Source: Cyanobacteriota bacterium | GTDB taxonomy: Bacteria; Cyanobacteriota; Cyanobacteriia; Thermostichales; Thermostichaceae | Length of the DNA stretch: 62,434 nt | Assembly: GCA_033764955.1 (NCBI GenBank) | Contig: JANRIL010000034.1 | Span: 1 to 62,434 of the forward strand | Reading direction: 5' to 3' | Part shown: positions 60,201 to 62,434 of the stretch, one piece after another | How positions within the stretch are numbered: the first letter of the stretch is position 1 | Layout of the letters: every line of letters begins with the position of its first letter | Position numbers and translations under genes: made by a program | Notes under the pieces: generated by a model | Seen by the model: only the letters and a program-made list of their open reading frames with translations | Database searches by the model: none | Told to the model about the DNA's origin: nothing

Positions 60201-62434
60201 ATTTTTTGGCTGCGATCCATTTGTAGAGCGGTCTTGGGGGTGATGCGAAACTCAATGGGCTTGAACTCAAAGTTGGGCACAAAAGCACCAATTTTGGAGT
60301 AGGTTTTGTCGGGAGCCTTAAAGTCAGGGTTGTAAAAGGTTTGCAGTTTCCAACGGAAAGAGGCGTCCTGGGGGATCTCGCGGATGGCACTGTGACCCGC
60401 CAAAAGATTCTGCCAAAACTGCTGGATGTTGACGGCATCCGGCAAAATTCCCCCCATGCCAATCACTGCAATCGGGTCGAGGAGCGCCGGACGTTCAGAC
60501 AGCCAATCGAAGTTAGGGATCCCCTGGGGATGGGTACCGGCAGACAGGTCAGTAGGTTGTGCCTGTTGGGGAATCGCTACCGAGACAGAGATCGCTGCTG
60601 AGTGGATAGGAGCGGATGCAGGAGTGGGAGTGGTTTTCAGGCTGATGGGGGGTTCGGGAGAAGCAACGGAAGGAGGATGTGTTGGCTGAGACGGGGATCC
60701 GGTGGGAATAGGTATAACCCATTGCTCTGGGGCAGGGGGGAGGGGAGCCTGAATCGGGAAGCCCAGCACATGCAGTTGAGCCAACGCTTCTAGGAAGCAA
60801 AGCCGACCACTGCGCTTGGGACGGTTGGCACCCAACAGCAGGATCTGGTTGGTATCCACAGTCTCTTTGGCTAAGCGGGCAAGGCGATCGGTGGGGCCGA
60901 TATCCAGAAGCAGGCCGCAGCCCAGCGATTGCAGCCGTTGCAGTTGGGCAACGTGGTTGACAGGGGCAATAAAGGCACAATCCAACAAAGCACGCACTTG
61001 CGCCGAAGCGAGACTTGACCAGGGCAGGAAATCACCGGTCAGACCGGAAATCACCGGAATCCGTGGCAGTTGAAATTCGCTCTGTTGTAAGGCTTGTCGA
61101 TAGTATTGGTGGGCGGTCGCCAGAATCGGGGAGTGATAGGCCGTCTCTACCTGCAACGGATGGGGTTGGATCCCTTCTTTTTGGGCGAGTGCCATCAACT
61201 GCTTGATGTCCTCCTGTTCCCCAGAAACCACCAACTGTTGAGTAGAGTTGCGGTTAGAAATCACCACCCGTCCCTGCATCGCCTGCACCAAACGGCGGGT
61301 AATGGCTTCTGGCCCGATCAACGCCGCCATGGATCCCTTGGGATAGGCGGGCAAATCTTTGAAGGGAGCTGTGGTCAGACGAATTAACTCCGTCAGGTCA
61401 AAGGCTCCCGCGATGTGGCAGGCGGTTAATTCCCCCACGCTGTGTCCAGCCACCCAAGCTGGCTGTAGCCCAAAATGCTCAAACAGGCGTGCCATCGCCG
61501 TGGAAATCGTCACGGTAGCAGGCCGTTGCCAGAGGGGATCCGTGGTGGCAGTGAAGGTTAGCTCCTGATCCACAATCTGCTGAAAAGCCTTTTGAGCGGT
61601 CTGCAACACCTGCTGCACAACTGGCAATCCCTGCCATTCTTCCAGAAGACCAGGATAGATGGATCCCGAACCGGGGAATAACCAGGCCATCGCGGGCGGT
61701 GTGGGCTGAAGGGATCCCCACCAGATCCCCTGTTCAGGGCGGGTTTGTCCGGCGGATTGATTCCACTGGTTCGTGATCTGGCTAGCAAGGGTTGGGGAAA
61801 GGCGATTCACTAAGACTGCGAAGGGTTGCCCCGATGTTTGGCTGGGGAGGGAGATCACCCACTCCGCACTCTGCTGGATGGCTTCCACCAAGCCCTCTAG
61901 AGGTTGTGGCTGATCGGGGGATCCCTGACCCAGGATCAATACCCAGTCTTCGGCAAGAGGGGCAAGGGGGTGAGCAGATTGGGGAGGAGGAGCCGGAGTT
62001 GTCACCACTGAGGGGCGTAGGCTGGCTGCTAATTCCTCGACAGTCCAATCTTGATGACCATTGGGAGTAACTCCCAGTTGCCCCAAAAGTGTTTGCACTT
62101 CAGTACGAGTCAATCCCAAATCCTTGATGAGGGTGAGGTGGGGTTGCAACCACTGGGGTTCGTAGTTGCGGATCTGGGCAAGCGCCTGGGTGACCTGGGT
62201 GAGTTCGGGGCTGAAGGTTAGCTTGGCCTGAGACAGGGATCCCTGAGGGGTCGGCAGAGGAGCATCGGAAGCAGGATCCGTTGGAGCCATCCCCAACTGA
62301 GCCAGCTTTTCGGCAGCGTCGGCAGGTAAGTTATCAGCATTTTGGATCCCTGCCATCAACTCTGCCATCATGCCCGTGGGGGCTTCTCCGGTGGCCGTAT
62401 TTTGGCGAGTTTGTGCCAGTTCAATCAACTTGCC
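57275..62434 (-). CDS. PUFA-synthase/Hgl-like PKS: degenerate ACP-like, AT, KS, PfaD-type enoyl reductase; 5' end beyond the window
   Basis: AT FPGSG/GHSVG/AYHS; KS DAACAAS/EAHGTST/GHLK; PfaD AGAMAGG/EADSGGHTD/YQIWCGP; frame open to 62434. Confidence 0.9.
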   Translation of the reverse strand, partial: GKLIELAQTRQNTATGEAPTGMMAELMAGIQNADNLPADAAEKLAQLGMAPTDPASDAPLPTPQGSLSQAKLTFSPELTQVTQALAQIRNYEPQWLQPHLTLIKDLGLTRTEVQTLLGQLGVTPNGHQDWTVEELAASLRPSVVTTPAPPPQSAHPLAPLAEDWVLILGQGSPDQPQPLEGLVEAIQQSAEWVISLPSQTSGQPFAVLVNRLSPTLASQITNQWNQSAGQTRPEQGIWWGSLQPTPPAMAWLFPGSGSIYPGLLEEWQGLPVVQQVLQTAQKAFQQIVDQELTFTATTDPLWQRPATVTISTAMARLFEHFGLQPAWVAGHSVGELTACHIAGAFDLTELIRLTTAPFKDLPAYPKGSMAALIGPEAITRRLVQAMQGRVVISNRNSTQQLVVSGEQEDIKQLMALAQKEGIQPHPLQVETAYHSPILATAHQYYRQALQQSEFQLPRIPVISGLTGDFLPWSSLASAQVRALLDCAFIAPVNHVAQLQRLQSLGCGLLLDIGPTDRLARLAKETVDTNQILLLGANRPKRSGRLCFLEALAQLHVLGFPIQAPLPPAPEQWVIPIPTGSPSQPTHPPSVASPEPPISLKTTPTPASAPIHSAAISVSVAIPQQAQPTDLSAGTHPQGIPNFDWLSERPALLDPIAVIGMGGILPDAVNIQQFWQNLLAGHSAIREIPQDASFRWKLQTFYNPDFKAPDKTYSKIGAFVPNFEFKPIEFRITPKTALQMDRSQKMALLATREALKDSGYYDKEFDRTRVRVIIGTSIPEFHDLAAPRVFFDEVAEGFQASAVFQSLPPDIQSQMIEQARQHINKRIPASSEDSMPGGLPNIVAGRVAYCFDLQGGNVVLDAACAASLAALDHAVKSLRMGEVDMVVMGGSDSAMSAGSYVGFCKTYALSAKGSYPFDAKADGFVMGEGSGILLLKRLRDAEAAGDKIHAVIRGTGSSSDGRGRGITAPSQEGQVAAMRHAYADAGVDPATIGLVEAHGTSTPLGDATEFASLAEIFGESARQRPVYLGSVKSMVGHLKTSAGVAGLIKAILSVQQGKVPPTLNFETPNPKIDQQAAPFIINTTTCEWEHTEVTPRRAGVNSFGFGGTNFHVIVEAYDPEFYRSEAFRRELRSTRIYREFYQDRLASSAQPQSSQDSLPTGQAPEVVNLGSALHKLEQPLAVVGSPQPTPTHFPSTGDLATCLSALDLPLAVLTREDTPTVIPVTAQTTPEILSMGCLRGWVPAIRPQDLGSPSFRQDHGVKFNYIAGAMAGGIGSVDIVVAMAKAGMLGFFGSGGLDLGRVEKAILEVKQQLIDHPHAAFGFNLLHNPIESGMEERTVDLYLQHGVHKVSASAYLRLMPSVVRYRATGMQRLADGRIVTPNRVFAKVSSLEVASQFMAPPPAAMLKQLVAQGKLTIEEAELAALLPVAQDITAEADSGGHTDRRPLSVLLPQMIRLRDEVAARHQYQTLGIDLRVGSAGSIGDPLSARAALALGADYLLTGSMNQSSWQAGTSHLAKEMLAKASMTDVVMAPAADMFEMGVQVQILKGGSFYAQRAKKLYDIYKTYDGLEAIPAEERAKLERDLFRQPLAEVWASTAQYWRQRDPKNLEKAERDPKFQMALTFRAYLGLSSRWAQSGQADRKSDYQIWCGPAMGLFNNWVAGSWLEPLENRDVVLMGLALLHGAAFLTRADHLSQAGIRLAGLSELARPAARELLLTYL

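Overview
Cyanobacterial chromosome segment, probably Thermostichus-like: GGGATCCC/GGATCC is highly iterated throughout, and cruA, bciB and a knotless phytochrome are present. There are three zones. (1) Positions 1 to ~14430 are the right part of an integrated element ending in a displaced 3' half of tRNA-Ile2(CAU), a probable attR. It begins with a densely hairpinned ~180-nt region and an array of six small genes, each preceded by an 18-bp repeat (AGTCCTRCGGNRKGGGTG). Two of these genes carry single in-frame stops. A convergent type I R-M operon follows with six accessory genes inside it: MNT, a hypothetical+HNH pair, an ABC-type ATPase+PIN pair and Fic. (2) ~14.5-53.7 kb is mostly core genome: tRNA-Met, pheS, purH, leuB, avtA, miaB, cruA, holB, cbiX, cobA, a phytochrome kinase, a P450, thiD, tRNA-Gly, ABC permeases and bciB. 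(3) 53.7 kb to the end is the distal part of an unusual PUFA-synthase/Hgl-like PKS operon: a large AT-KS-PfaD fusion running off the window, a standalone reductase-type SDR and two sulfotransferases. The best candidates for undescribed systems are the repeat-punctuated small-gene array with its structured leader, the ATPase-PIN pair in the prrC position of the R-M operon, and the Pfa-like PKS plus sulfotransferase pathway. All family calls come from motif recognition by eye; no searches were run.
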